DNA of 51,403 nucleotides, filler included, from Dirinaria sp. TL-2023a (lineage: Eukaryota), in the NCBI GenBank assembly GCA_051941275.1. It is 2 parts of 2 records of this genome, joined end to end, with 100 filler letters (N's around TTAATTAATTAA, not from the genome) between each part and the next. Parts side by side here need not be neighbours in the genome. Positions count along the whole stretch, not along the records: positions 1 to 25,688 come from JAVEBF010000171.1; positions 25,789 to 51,403 come from JAVEBF010000172.1. One strand, 5' to 3'. The position numbers and the translations under genes were made by a program. Every line of letters starts with the position of its first letter. Within the stretch, counting starts at the first letter, position 1. Shown one piece after another: positions 24,680 to 37,215 of the stretch. The notes beneath the pieces were generated by a model that saw nothing but the letters and a program-made list of their open reading frames with translations, did not search any database and was not told the DNA's origin.

Positions 24680-25688
24680 CGACATGAATCTTCCTTCAAG
24701 AGGTACATTGGAAAGCCTCTGAGCTTACGGATCTCGAACTGGATCATGAACAGACACTAGAAGATTCTGTTTTGCGGTCACATGAATACGGAAGGACCAT
24801 AAGGCTTGGTGATCCTCTTCAGCAGCGATTAATTATCTTACATTATAATTTATGAGTCAGAGCATGATTCTACTATTTGCCGAGCGAGATTACATTGCCA
24901 ACTTCGAGGCTCAGCTTTCCTTCTCACAATGCTTTGCCATCCTGTATTACACTCGCTTTGTGCCTGGGAGAATCTGGCCGTGCGGCAAGTCACTAAAGCT
25001 TTGCTTCCAAAATGGATCTAGGACTGCAGTGTTGAGGAACTTTTCTTTTTGCGCCGGCTGGAGAAATACGCATGATGGGGGATTGGGTAAGGATCCTCTT
25101 GAGCTATGAGGGACCTAAGAGGAGGGATAACTTTTATTGTTGGCAGGTATGGGACTAGGTCAATTTGCAGCTCATGATTTGGTTTGTCTCGCCGGAATCG
25201 CTCATTCGAAAGGATGAGATGTTAAGGGATATTGTGTGCTCAAGACTGATTGTGTTCGGATTTCTTTTCGATTTTGTGAGTCAGTGTCTCAATATTCATT
25301 GATTTAGCACGAAAAGCATAATACAAGGTCACAAAACCATTGAAGGAATTGGACCGTCAAGGTCTGGAATGCTGAGCATGACACAATTCAACCTCTTGTG
25401 CGAAAGCCGTTTGGGTGGTGGTGTCCGAACGCAATTCGATGTATAGCAAAGGCTTCGTCCCTTATAGTTTTGTCCCAAAACAAGTGAGATGGGTTTGAAC
25501 CCTAATTATCTACTATGATCACACCTTTTGCGTTAATCAGCCTAGTCGGACAGGAGGCAAGAAAGCTTATTATGGCTTGCCGCATATTTTGACGTTTTGC
25601 TGTTGCCAGAATCGATTTATGCGAATATCAACACTATTCCTACTCCCGCCAGCAACGTTCACATGTATTCTTAGGTATAGTATATCCC

Positions 25689-25788
25689 NNNNNNNNNNNN
25701 NNNNNNNNNNNNNNNNNNNNNNNNNNNNNNNNTTAATTAATTAANNNNNNNNNNNNNNNNNNNNNNNNNNNNNNNNNNNNNNNNNNNN
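25689..25788. other. Artificial contig-joining spacer
   Basis: 44 N + TTAATTAATTAA (25733-25744, stops in all six frames) + 44 N = exactly 100 nt. Confidence 0.95.
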
Positions 25789-25950
25789 CGATACTTCGAT
25801 ACGATACTCGATTCTAAAATTAGAAATCGAATCGAATACTCGATTCTATAATTAAGAATCGACTTGTTCATTCGAGTCAACATTTTGAGATCGAATCGAC
25901 TTCGAAATCCTCGATCCATCGAATTTTGAATCGAGTATCGACTCGACGCG
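25789..25950. repeat. Hypermutated repeat/MITE relic at the contig end (TCGA-rich, inverted repeat)
   Basis: 15 TCGA tetramers in ~160 bp. CGATACTCGATTCTAAAATT (25802-25821) is the reverse complement of 25922-25940 apart from one indel. ATACTCGATTCTA occurs twice in direct orientation. Confidence 0.6.
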
Positions 25951-26323
25951 GTCAGATTATGAATGACATTGTGATGTTACAACGAAATTTCAAAGAATTA
26001 TCATACAATTGTGGTATTATCACGCAAGTGTGAGCACCCTTCTTGAGGGTTGGAAAGTAGGGTGTGGGCGCCGATCAGCCTGGTCGCACTAGCTAGGACT
26101 TAGGTACCTCACCTCAGCTACCTTACCTTATGATGTCGATCATGAGACGTCATATGCTGCCGAACCCACGGATTCAGCCGTGCTCGCTCCAACCCTGACA
26201 TCTACCCTCACCACCACTTTTCCTGTTATTTCCAACACCAGTGTAATAGCCACTGCCTCTACTTGTACGGAGCCGAGCCTAGTCTTCCGTCTGGATGGGG
26301 AACGGTGCCCCAGTGTTATCTCA

Positions 26324-29300
26324 ATGACAGCAGAAATGTCGGCTTCTGAGGAGTCAGATGGGCCAAGTTCATCACATGGCTCAACACAGCGAAATATCGG
26401 TGCAGTTCGAAATATGCCTCAACAGTCAAATCACCCTTCGACTGTGCAATTGCCCACTTGGGCTTTCTCCTCCGCCCTCACCTCTAGGACTTCTCCATCC
26501 CCACGTCGGCCAGAGACCTCCGGTCGAAACGACCTTTCATCTAGCTGCGCCCATAGTTTGGCTGGTCCGGTGCCTGAGCTTGATCTAGCAACTACGAACC
26601 CCGCCATTCATCACACGAATCTCTTTAGCACTCCCAATAGGTCTATCTTCTCCTCCGGTCCTCCAACGTCTTCAGTGTCAGCCAACACTGCGCACGCTTC
26701 GATGAGTGCCCCATCCCAGGGGAATTCTACGATTCCTTTGTCAGCCCTGACAAGTCCCTCACCGAGCACGACGAGAACGCTTGCGCCATTTCCAGGCGAC
26801 CCGTCAAACTCGCTTGGCAAGACTCGATTGTCACAAGCCGAGAAGGATGTTGACGACCCCTCTACCCCCGTCGAGAAGACATCGGTAGCTTTCTCTAGAG
26901 GTACTACGACACCGACGGCATTGACACGACTTTTCACGGCTCCAGAAGTGGCTTCGCCGACTGTCTCGAGGCATGCCTCATACGTCAGAACGTCTAGCGG
27001 GACGACGTACACCAGAGGTGTGATAAGATAACCTTAAGAAAAAGACTTATACTGACTCTTCTAGCATCTATGGAAACAGCACCGTTACCGAATCATCTGT
27101 ACAACCGTGGCTTACTACATGGTAGACACTCTGACATCAATGTCCATGCCTTCGGGACAAAGTACGCTCTGCACCGCTTGATACTCGATCGTGCTCCATT
27201 CTTCTCATCTGCCTTGTCGGAGCCTTGGTTCGAGAGTTCTGCCAAAGATATAACATTAAATCCCGGTGACGTTGACGCCAATATATCACAGGCCGCTTTT
27301 GAATTGGCATTGAAAAAGCTTTATGGATGTGATATTGGTATGGACGAGGATGCAGAAGCGACTGGACTTTTTGCAACCGGCTGTTGGCTTGAAATGGCCG
27401 ATCTGATTGAATCAAGTGTAAATGCAATCTTGCGTCAGATGCAACCATCGAAGCTGGGGCTTATCATAAGGCTTGTTACAAGCAGTTACTATGGAAAGTC
27501 TGGAGATCGGATCCTGTCTTCCGCGAAGGCCATGCTTTGCAGAGAGGGCTGGGAAATGCCGATACGCTTTTGGGATAATGTTTCTGGGGAGATCATACGT
27601 GAAATCATAGGTGGCGATGGGTTTTTCGTGCGTGACGAATGGGAGCGTTTCGTTCTTGCCAAAAGACTCCTTGACAGAAGATTGAAGATGCAAGCGAGTG
27701 AAGCGGGACTACTCGATTCAAATGGCAAGCCCAAACATCCTCCACCCGACACGATGAATTTTATTGCTATACGCTTCGACACCGTGTACCGGAAGAATTT
27801 ACCTATTACTGGGCGTCAGATACCCGAAGCCTACGATTCCTGGCTAGCACTGTATACCTTGCCGGATATCGCAGCGCTCTTAGTCCTCCTTGATGAAGGC
27901 ATCCATTATGTCCATCTCAATTTTGAACAGCTCAAAAAGATCAGAGATCAACGGGATGCTTTGGGATTGCCCTTAATGCCAGAGAAGGTTATATCTAACG
28001 CGTTGTGGATGTCTATGGAGCTACGCCAGAAAGTTCTTAACGCTCATGAGCTCGACCTAGAACTTGGTCTGGTACAGGCTTGTGACGACTACGATGAAGG
28101 CCCAAGGCAGAAATCTGCTGACCCCTCTGTGAAAACAACCGTGGCTGGGCATTCGAATGGGAAAGGGAAGCAAGTAGAAACCTCCATGTCCGAGCCTGAA
28201 GAGGACGGGATGGAGTCGGGAAGCTGGGACGGAAACGCCAGACCCCGAAAATTCTGGATTCCTCACACTGACTCCACGTCGGTTATGGGCGGTAACCCTG
28301 AAAACATCATGGCGACCACACATAATGCCCGCCCCTACATGTTTCCCCGTCTCTCTACGTCCTTAGATCCTCAAGACGTCCAATGGGCGTCCGACTTTGC
28401 TGCTGCAGTTGGTGAAAGGCCTGCGTCACTCGGTCATTCCAACATTGCTGACCCTGTGCCACCTATTTCATACACGCACTACCCCCCCTTCCGCTTTGCG
28501 GCCGAATTCCCCAACCCACGTTCTTTGAAAGAAAAAAAACGAGTCTACTCTCGAACAGTATGGTATGCGGGCTCGTTGTGGAATGTTTACATCCAGAAAG
28601 TGGAAACAGCGAAGAACACTCAATTAGGCGTCTACCTACATCGAGCTAAAGAAAAAGAACACGACGAGCCTCACCACAGCTCGGTAGACGAACGTATCGG
28701 TCAGGTAGAGTTGCTGATGCGCCGCAATCAACGTCAGCATCGTCAACAGCAGCAACAGCGGCGGCAGCAGCAGCAGCAGCAGCAGAACCAAGGTGATGCG
28801 GACGATGACACAGGTACTTCTAGCGGAGATCCCGATACTACGCTCGTGCACACATCCGCCGAGACCACTCGCCCGAACGCCATCTCCTCACTTCTACGTG
28901 GCGACCCAATCCACAAGTCTTCACAAACCCCTCTACCACTTTCTTCACTCCCTGACCGTACTTACAATGCATTCAACCTTTCAGATAGTGATGATCCGTC
29001 ATCTTTACTTGATTACTCGAGCTCGGTCCCCATCACCTCATCTACAAATGGACCGGCCGCGAGTGGCAACAATAAACTTCGTCCGAAGAACAAGAAGCCA
29101 ACGTTACCGCCCTACGTTGATGGCCGCCCTACTATTAAGACCTACTTTAAGATATACTCTCCTTCCAAAGGAGGCAGGATGTTAAGCGTATATGAGAGTG
29201 CTCCGGACAGATTCAATTTTAGCCAGAGCTGGGGTTGGAAGAGTAGTACAATGATTATGGATGATTGTATGATGGGCTATGAGGCAGCCGGCGAGCCCAA

Positions 29301-29416
29301 GAGGCCTGGGAATCTGAGATTTATGGTCGTTATCGGTACATCTTCCCCACCGCGGCCAAGAGATGCCCATTGATTGTTTGAAGCCAGACGCTAAGCGAGA
29401 CATAGGCAATGTCTAG
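26324..29416 (+). CDS. BTB/POZ-like protein with C-terminal MATH-like region (~991 aa, 3 exons)
   Basis: S/T/P-rich exon 26324-27017, intron 27018-27064, exon 27065-29335, intron 29336-29405 and terminal exon GNV*. The BTB-type start is HSDINVHAFGTKYALHRLILDRAPFF. C-terminal PPFRFAAEF, YAGSLWNVYIQ, GVYLHR, FSQSWGWKS and LRFMVVIG are typical of this fungal family. The start codon is uncertain (26324 or 26337). Confidence 0.82.
28736..28790 (+). repeat. CAG/CAA-rich tract encoding polyglutamine (QHRQQQQQRRQQQQQQQNQ)
   Basis: Read directly within the BTB/MATH-like CDS. Confidence 0.85.
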
Positions 29417-29938
29417 AAACCTAAGAGGTATCTGATTCATGACAGGCAGATCAGGATTGACGAGTTGATGGCATTGAAAGTGCTATTGCTCGATCATGCT
29501 GCAGGCATAGCTGCAGAAACGGAAGCATCTCGTGGCGTGTTCATTGAGTCAGAGACTAGTTATAGTCAACCATCGAATTGGTAGTGTTTTTGTGACTCCA
29601 TTATTGCTAGCACAAGACACTGGTCAGACCAGTTCTCTACATCTGTTACTTTCAAAGATTCACGTGAATCCCACACTCCCTATCATTGCATGGAGCATTC
29701 GTATCAACCTCTGAATGCTCGTGAGAGACTATATGATGCTGATTGGCATAGAAGTGTAAAAAAAAGGACAGCACCTCAGACAGAGCTCTATCAATTTGGT
29801 CAAGCCGTAGTGCTGATGACTCTGGCTGAAAAGCTATCCTTGAGCCAAAGTCATTTGCTTGGGTCGTTTCAGAACTTCCCTGACCGAGCTGATGGACACA
29901 ACCTATCGAACTAAATATACATTAAGTAGGTGGATCGA

Positions 29939-30170
29939 TTACCTTATGTGTGGACCTCCCTGAGGTATAAAGTAGGTGCTACCTAAGGTATATTGCCTAG
30001 AGGTAAGTTGCTTAAGTTTTAATACATGTAGATAAAATACCGTAAGATAATAAGTACATCGTACCTTACCTACCTTATATTAAGGTAAAAAACAGAATGT
30101 GACATCATAACCATTCCATCATACTAAGGTAAGGTAGGGTAAGCTAGGGTAAGGGAGATCGTACCTTACT
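29939..30170. repeat. Dense cluster of TACCT/TAAGG/TAGGG units upstream of the ataxin-10 gene
   Basis: TACCTAAGGTA (29980-29990), TACCTTACCTACCTTATATTAAGGTA (30062-30087), TAAGGTAAGGTAGGGTAAGCTAGGGTAAGG (30125-30154) and TACCTTA (30162-30168). Confidence 0.75.
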
Positions 30171-30486
30171 TTCTAGATAACACGGACAAGTTAGACATTT
30201 CTGATGAGTCCTACGCAGTCTTGAATTCTTGATACCTTTAGGGTGATTTTGTGTTTTGGAGTAGATACTAGAATCCAGCATAGCTCGCTCAAAACCCACC
30301 ATTCTCAGCACTATTATACGGCGTCGCTTCTAGGAGTACGAAGTGGGGTCCTGGAAAGGTGTGTAACAAATAAGAACGCTGCTTTGCTAAGCAATTAGTA
30401 CGGGGTGTGCGTAGCTGGCCAGATGTACATAGAGCGATTTGGGCCACATCATTGATTCCCAGCCGCTTCATCAGCCGAGACCTGCC

Positions 30487-33259
30487 ATGGCGCCTCAAAA
30501 GTCCGCAACCGATTGGGAACCGGAAGAGTGTGGTATGAAAGTTCTACTATGCTCTACCAGAGCGCTTTTCATGAGCCGCACGACTATGCCGGATAAAACG
30601 TTTGACAAGCTTTCGAGCTTTGCTAAATTGATGATTGAAAAGACAGAAAAACAGAAAGAAGCTCGGTAAGGTTGCATCAGGCCTCGAGAAAAACGTCATA
30701 TTCACTAACGCTTATCATAGGCGGAATATTGGATTGAATCCGGATATATGGAATATATTCAGCCAAGTCTTTGCTCTTGCTGTATCAATTATCGAGCAAG
30801 AGTTTTTTAGTCCCGCAGAGGTGAATCCTCCGGGCAACAACGCTCAACCCACAACCGCCATGGCACTGAAAGACACAGTTCTTTTGAAGGACCTGGAGCG
30901 ACTTAATGATCTCTTATTGATTGCCAGAAACGTGCTTTCATTTTCAGAGGCAGTACAGAATCTCTGTGGAGAAAAAGGCTTTGACCAGCATGCCATGGCA
31001 TTGATTGATCTTTGTGTTCGGGTCACCGCAAGGCAATACGAAGGCGAAGAGCCAGGAAATCGTACTGAGTCGCAACTTGCTCTTTTGAACGCATCCTGTA
31101 AGCCAATTCCCCTATGATACACGATGCCAGCACACTAGAATGACATCACAACAGTCAAGAAGGTCCTTATCACCAGCCTGCAAATGTTACATAATTTTGT
31201 GCAGCACAATGAGAAACGGAAGCTTCTACTTTGGCTCGATCTGTTCGCGAACTCGAAATCTGCTGATCAGTATTTTTGCGGCAACACAGAACTTCGTAAG
31301 AGTCCAAGCGGCCTGTCGGTCGGTACTTCTGAACTCATCGTCAGCAAAGAGATCCTGCATCAGAAAACAGAAACGGACACATTGGATGTCGAAAAGATTA
31401 TGAAGACCGCGTTGGATGCCGTACAGGGCTCCACACAGACTGTACCCCAGCTTCCTGCTGATGAGGCAGCGCGTATAGCTTCCCAGGTTATGAGTACAGT
31501 CGATGGCCTGTACAATTTGTCTCTTGATCAGCGTCACAAGTCCCCTTGTGGTGATGCCGGCACTCAAGAGTTACCAGCTATCGAACAGACTCTGCGAGAA
31601 AATTCCGACAGCCTGTCACCTCGTCAAGCGCATAGCCGAACTTGGACTTGTCATCTCAATCCGAGACCGGATCTGCCTATGTATGACCCTAGTTCGCGTA
31701 GCGCTACCGCTAGGCTTGAAGACCTTAGAGCCGTCCGTACTCCTGAGTCGGCCGCGATTACTTTGCAAACCGCGAAAGATCAGCTGATGGCTCGATTGCA
31801 AGATTCACTTCCGAGCCCTGGAGACGATGCAACAGCGTATCCAAATTTAGACGATGCCAACGCAGCTGACATCGAAAATTCCACAGCCGGAGCAAATGGC
31901 AGCGTTGCAGATGACCCAGAAGACGAGGAAGGTGAATACCATGGTACTGGGGATCAAGAGCGTGGATTGCTCACAGACATTCCCCTAGTACTCTCACCCC
32001 AAGAGATTGAGGCGCTTCCACTCATCATCCAGATTGGCATTGTCACGGGGCTAGAAGGACACGACTCCGCGATCGGTAAACATGGGGATATGCAAAATGT
32101 CAGGTGCAATATATTGCTCGCTCAAGAAGCAGGACGCAATCTCCTTCGGGAGCTGCTTATTTTCATTGCAGCCTGGGATCTACAGGATAACGAGCTTTAC
32201 TTTAAGGTGATGATGCAGATCATGGAAGCCATTCTCCAGAATGGGCTTATGCCCTTTGCCTACCAGGCTTTTGGCGAGGCTAAAGATATCGTTTCGCCTG
32301 CACAGTCGATGGTAATCAAAATTCTTACGCAGATATTCCGCAGCAACCAAACGCTTCCACCAGCAACGACCGATCCACCGCCCCGAGTTCAATTGAAAGA
32401 GTTACCTGGCAAGGTGGATTATCTTATCGTCAAATACATTTTCACGATCTTCCGCCAGTGCATCATCCCAGAAACGTGCGCTCTCATTTACCTACAAGGC
32501 CAGATCAGAGCAGGTGCCGCCTTGCCAGAGGATTTTCCCTTGAATCTTTGGGACATGGAACGCGTCTATGAGGGAGTTTATCAATTCCTCGAGTTTTTTG
32601 CGGTACTCACCGAAAGCGAAGATTGGAAAGCATTCCTGGTAGAATGGAAGATCGTCAACGAGCTTGTGACTTTGCTTCGCGAGCTTGACGCTAGCATCCC
32701 CAAAGCTCCATTGGGACCGCTTCCCCCAACTACTGCTGAGACCCAAGCCGAAGCCATGGAACTAGGAAGTCCATCCGCCCAACCAATCCCTAATTCTGTC
32801 GCTGTTGAGCGTCCATACGACATGCCTGCCCCTGACTCTTCGGTGCCATCAACTGCTCCTGCGCCGTATTCGCTTCCATCATCGCCTCAACCGGAAACTC
32901 AGGAGCCATCCGATTTCGAATGGCGCAACCTCAAAAAGTTAGTCGTCCTTGTTATGTCCTCCCTCGTCTGGAAGTCTACCACAGTGCAGAACCAAATTCG
33001 TCAATATGGGGGCGTCCAGATGATACTCCAGTGCTGTAATCTTGACAGCAATAACCCTTACATTCGCGAGCATGCAATCATGTGCCTGCGGTTTTTACTA
33101 GAGGGGAACAAGGAAAACCAGATGATTGTGAATGAATTGGAGGCCAGAAAAACCGTGCCCGATGAGGTGCTGGATAAGAGAGGGTATGAAACTTATGTCG
33201 ATGAACAGGGTAACGTGGGATTACGCGCGAAAGAGGGGCGGAAGGTCACCGAGTCCTAA
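30487..33259 (+). CDS. Ataxin-10 domain ARM-like protein (Ctr86-like, ~886 aa, 3 exons)
   Basis: Introns at 30666-30720 and 31098-31154 give 2661 nt in frame. The C-terminal ataxin-10 signature is VQNQIRQYGGVQMILQCCNLDSNNPYIREHAIMCLRFLLEGNKENQ. Confidence 0.88.
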
Positions 33260-33765
33260 TATTGCATCCGTTACTGAAAATGGTGCCATAAAGGAACATT
33301 TATTAAGTAAGAAAGCTAGGGCTTCCAATCACATTGCTGCATTGCATGGCATGCATCGAAGGTGGCGTTTGCGCATGATACCCAATAGTCAAATTTGAGA
33401 CTTTCAGCTGTGCTGCTGGCATAGTTTAGATAGCTGATGCGCGAGTTTAAGTATATCAAATTATCTGATGAAAGGACTGATGGCTATGAGCTGGACACGC
33501 ATGGAAAATAGGTCGATGGATAGAACACTTAAATCATTGAGAATTTGGAAATGAGCCTCGTACGTAGCCAGATGTCTGTTCTTCTGCTCTGATGGCGGCA
33601 CGAGCGTATCGACTCGAGTACAGGATTCGAGGAAAAGCGAACTACTACACTTGGATCACAATACATCATTAAGTTCATACTGAGACCATAAAATGTTCCT
33701 TTGGGATCCCAGTATGAACCCTCACATTGTCCACCTACCGCCTCATGCCGAATTTGGAGCTCCTA

Positions 33766-34679
33766 CTAGAAGTAATCCACGCCACCAGGCCCATCATACC
33801 TCGTCTGCTCACTCGGCGCTGCATAGCCAAATTGTCCGGCCTCGATCGGCTCCTGAATTTTGTAAGGTCTTGATAATTCGTGACTGCTGCTGTTGCCACT
33901 CATTGGCCCAACTTCGTCATCGTCTGGCGATATACCAGCTCGACCATAAGATTCCGCACTGGAAGGCGCTAGTCGCTGGCTGCTAATGTCGCCGTCGCAA
34001 GTATCCTGATCGTAACGATGATTGGGGAAAGATGATGAACGTGGAATAGGGTGCTTGATGTCGAGCATGGCGTTATAGGTGCCCTGGGCTGTGGTAGCTC
34101 GATATATGCGCAGATCAAGAGCAAATAAGATGGTAGTTGTTGCTCTGTCGGGGCGGCGGTTAGTGTTTGTCTTGTAAGATGGAAGGAGAAATAGGGACGA
34201 ACAAGCCAGTCACAGTGAACGCGGTAAGCGCTTTATATAGTCTGCACACCATGATGCCGGCCTCATTACGCCACGTTGTACGCGTACAGTGGTGGCCGAG
34301 TGTCCAGCTCAGATTCCAACTGAGAAGTGCCAGACCTAAGGCCCAGAAGATCGTCAGGATGGCATTGCTACACATGTTGATTTTCGGAGAGAGCATTCGG
34401 AGGGTATAGGAGACGCATGTTACAAGAAGGGCCACAAGGGTGAGAAGGGAGACGGTGAGAAGCTATGGCGCGCTCTTAGTGCGATGTACAGACTGGAAGG
34501 GAAATACATACAACAATGAATGTCCATGGCACATAAATTCCCTCCGCATGCAGGTGGTGACAGAAAAAGACGAGCACGCTAGAGACAACGATGGTAGAGA
34601 GAAATTGGCCAAGTCGAAGAAGGTGGAAGGCCAGAGGCGGATAGTGTGATGGCTGCTTAGAGAATCGATCTCTAGCCAT
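33766..34679 (-). CDS. MARVEL-like 4-TM membrane protein (~268 aa, 3 exons)
   Basis: Introns at 34463-34511 and 34145-34202 join three ORF fragments in frame (807 nt). It has four hydrophobic segments, an HLLRLGQ start, C..W..CRLYKALTAF in the last loop and a hydrophilic tail. Confidence 0.8.
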
Positions 34680-34942
34680 GGTTTACGAATTACCCTGGCA
34701 CAATGCTACTCGAGACAGTATTGTCCTCTTTCCCGAGGCTGGCGCTGTCAGTAATAGTAGTGTCGAGGAAAGATGAGGTGAAAAGCCAAAAACCTCGTTG
34801 CAGCCAGAGTACTCGGCTCATAATCCAGCGGTCGTCGAACTTGGAGATCTGTTACGGTAGGTTCAGCCACAAGGCTGTTTCAGATTAATTCTTCGGCACG
34901 CCAATCCGCTCGACAGAATACTACTTCTACAAATACGCTCCG

Positions 34943-35187
34943 TACGGAGTACCGTAAGGTACCTACCTTAGGTAAGTCCTGGCTAGCGTCATGTACGCCA
35001 AGACTAGTGCCCTAGCTGGCTACAGGTAACCTTTGAAGAGCACAGCAGCACCCTGGCCCCTGGGTAGCAAGTTAGCGAGTTCCAGTGATCAGATTGGGTG
35101 GTACTCCGGGCGACTTTCAGTTGACCTCACTGGCGACCTGCCAGCACGCGCGGACCTCCGTACTCCGTACAGTACAGTACTAACGTA
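34943..35187. repeat. TA-delimited short-unit chains upstream of the MARVEL-like gene
   Basis: TA-CGGAG-TA-CCG-TA-AGG-TA-CC-TA-CCT-TA-GG-TA (34943-34974) and TA-CTCCG-TA-CAG-TA-CAG-TA-C-TA-ACG-TA (35161-35187). Confidence 0.75.
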
Positions 35188-37215
35188 AAAGTCTACACGC
35201 AATTCCCCACCAAAACTCATCATTTTCCTATGCAGTATAACATTTTTTACAGTAAATCAAATTTCTTTATTTTTATAAATATTATGAAGCTTAGTAAATT
35301 ACGATCTTCTGTCGATTCAGAATTTTAATTATTAAGTTCTGTTGTGATGAGCCTGCGAGAGAATGTGTAAGTGGTTGAAAATGATCGAATTTGTATGGGA
35401 AAATCAAGAAATTCATCTACAGTCACATTCAACTTCATACTGTTTGAGACAACGTATCGATCTCAAAAATTCGAGTTAGTGGAATTTGAGCCCGTGTGAA
35501 AATCTGAAACTTTTGAAATTTATATAATTTTACAAGTTGTTTTAGTAGCTGTTTTGTAAGTGCGTAAGAGACGGGTTTTGGTGTAAAAAGGGGGTTGCGT
35601 GCAGACTTATGCGGAGGTACTGTAATGCTAAATGACGTCACACGAAGTGGATAAGGTACACGCGGCCCCTCAAGCTTGTGGGAGCAAATAATAAAGCAGA
35701 TTAAGACCGACTGCTGGACAGAAGAAGATGAAAACGCTGTACAATAGATAGCTATACATGCGATCAATTCCGATGAATTGTTTCTGCGTAAATAATTTCG
35801 AGTATCCTCCAAGCAGCAATAAGATGATGCGGATTGCTAGAGACATTCAATCTACACGTAAGTCGTCAATCTATCTTCACACTATTACAACTTATTGTGC
35901 GTGTACACAATTTTCTTGAGCAGTATTGTTCCGACACGTCTGTGGCTCGTTTTTACAGTGTGCGTAATGTTCCTTTGTGAATTTAAAATACTCTGCATGG
36001 ATTATATCGACTTGTGATATCAGAGAGCGGCTTCCTACACTGTCATTACTCAATATTTTCATCGCCTCTCTTCTGGTATGAATTGTTCGGCTCGGCCGTG
36101 TGTCGAGCCGTCTGTGCAACACACGCTCCCTTTCTTTATTTAAAAAAAAGGAAAGAAGAATTGACTTTCTTAGTTTCAACAAAGCCACGTCTGCGCACGA
36201 TATATACTCAGTGAACTCCCAAAATCAACATACATGCCTAGAAAAGTTCTATAAAGATCGAAGACACGATCAGCAAATGAGGGTGAGAATGCATTCGAAC
36301 TTTAGATGGAATCCAGCAATACTTCCTATTTTCTGCTCTACCCCTCGCCAAGGTTTTTGTTTTCGCTTTTGCTTTAGAGAAGAGATGGCGTGTTCTGGAC
36401 AATACACCATCTATTGATATCAAAAACATGCACATTTCTCGATCTTAAAATGTTCTCGGTCGCTTTTTTGAGCCACTCGAATTTTTTGCCACTTTCTTAC
36501 AAACCCCACGATGAGGAGGGTGCAACCAGCGGATTCATTTATCTTCGAGACATACATTCCTTATCGTTACCCCTATTCCTGCATTACACACCACAATCAT
36601 GCAATTCCAACACTATTTCTCACTAGCATGCAAACTCGACGCAAGAAGCAACACCATCAATCCTCAAAGTAGGATTTATCAAGATTACTCTTACTCTGCA
36701 AATTCACAACAGCGGAATCCAGTATCAAACCTCCACAACCAGCTTCTCCAAAATATCCCTTATCATCCCCATAGTCTATCTCATCGTTTCCCGCTTGCTG
36801 TCTTGTTAACTTTTGAATATATTGGCTTTTTTTCTGATGGAATGCGGCTCGGCTCGGAGATTTTGCACATTCGATAAGGTTGGTGGCAGTGCTTGAGGCT
36901 GATTCCTCAGAATGCGCCCTACACAACCATGTTGTGAACGCTCATCTAGTGGCGAGTCGTATTGAGGCGGTGCTCCAGCGCAACCCGCTTCGAGTACATT
37001 GTGCAACATGCATCGAGTCGATAAAAAACCTTCTTAAGCCATGTCGATTCCTGATCCTAGACTCATCCCTTGTTCTAAACTTTCAATCTCAAACATTCAC
37101 CTACTAACCAAGGTCGGATCTTCAAAAATACCTTGTCTCGAGGACTGACCAATATCGTTGGTCTCACCTGGCTGCGATTACGAAATGCCTCACGCGGGAG
37201 GTCTACTAGCGGGGT

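Noticed and set aside
25485..25505. GGGTTCAAACCC on the minus strand resembling a tRNA T-arm/B-box
   Set aside because: The T-stem does not extend, and no acceptor, D or anticodon arms can be folded.
25737..25919. 60-aa ORF running into the N gap
   Set aside because: It is an artefact of the repeat relic and the spacer.
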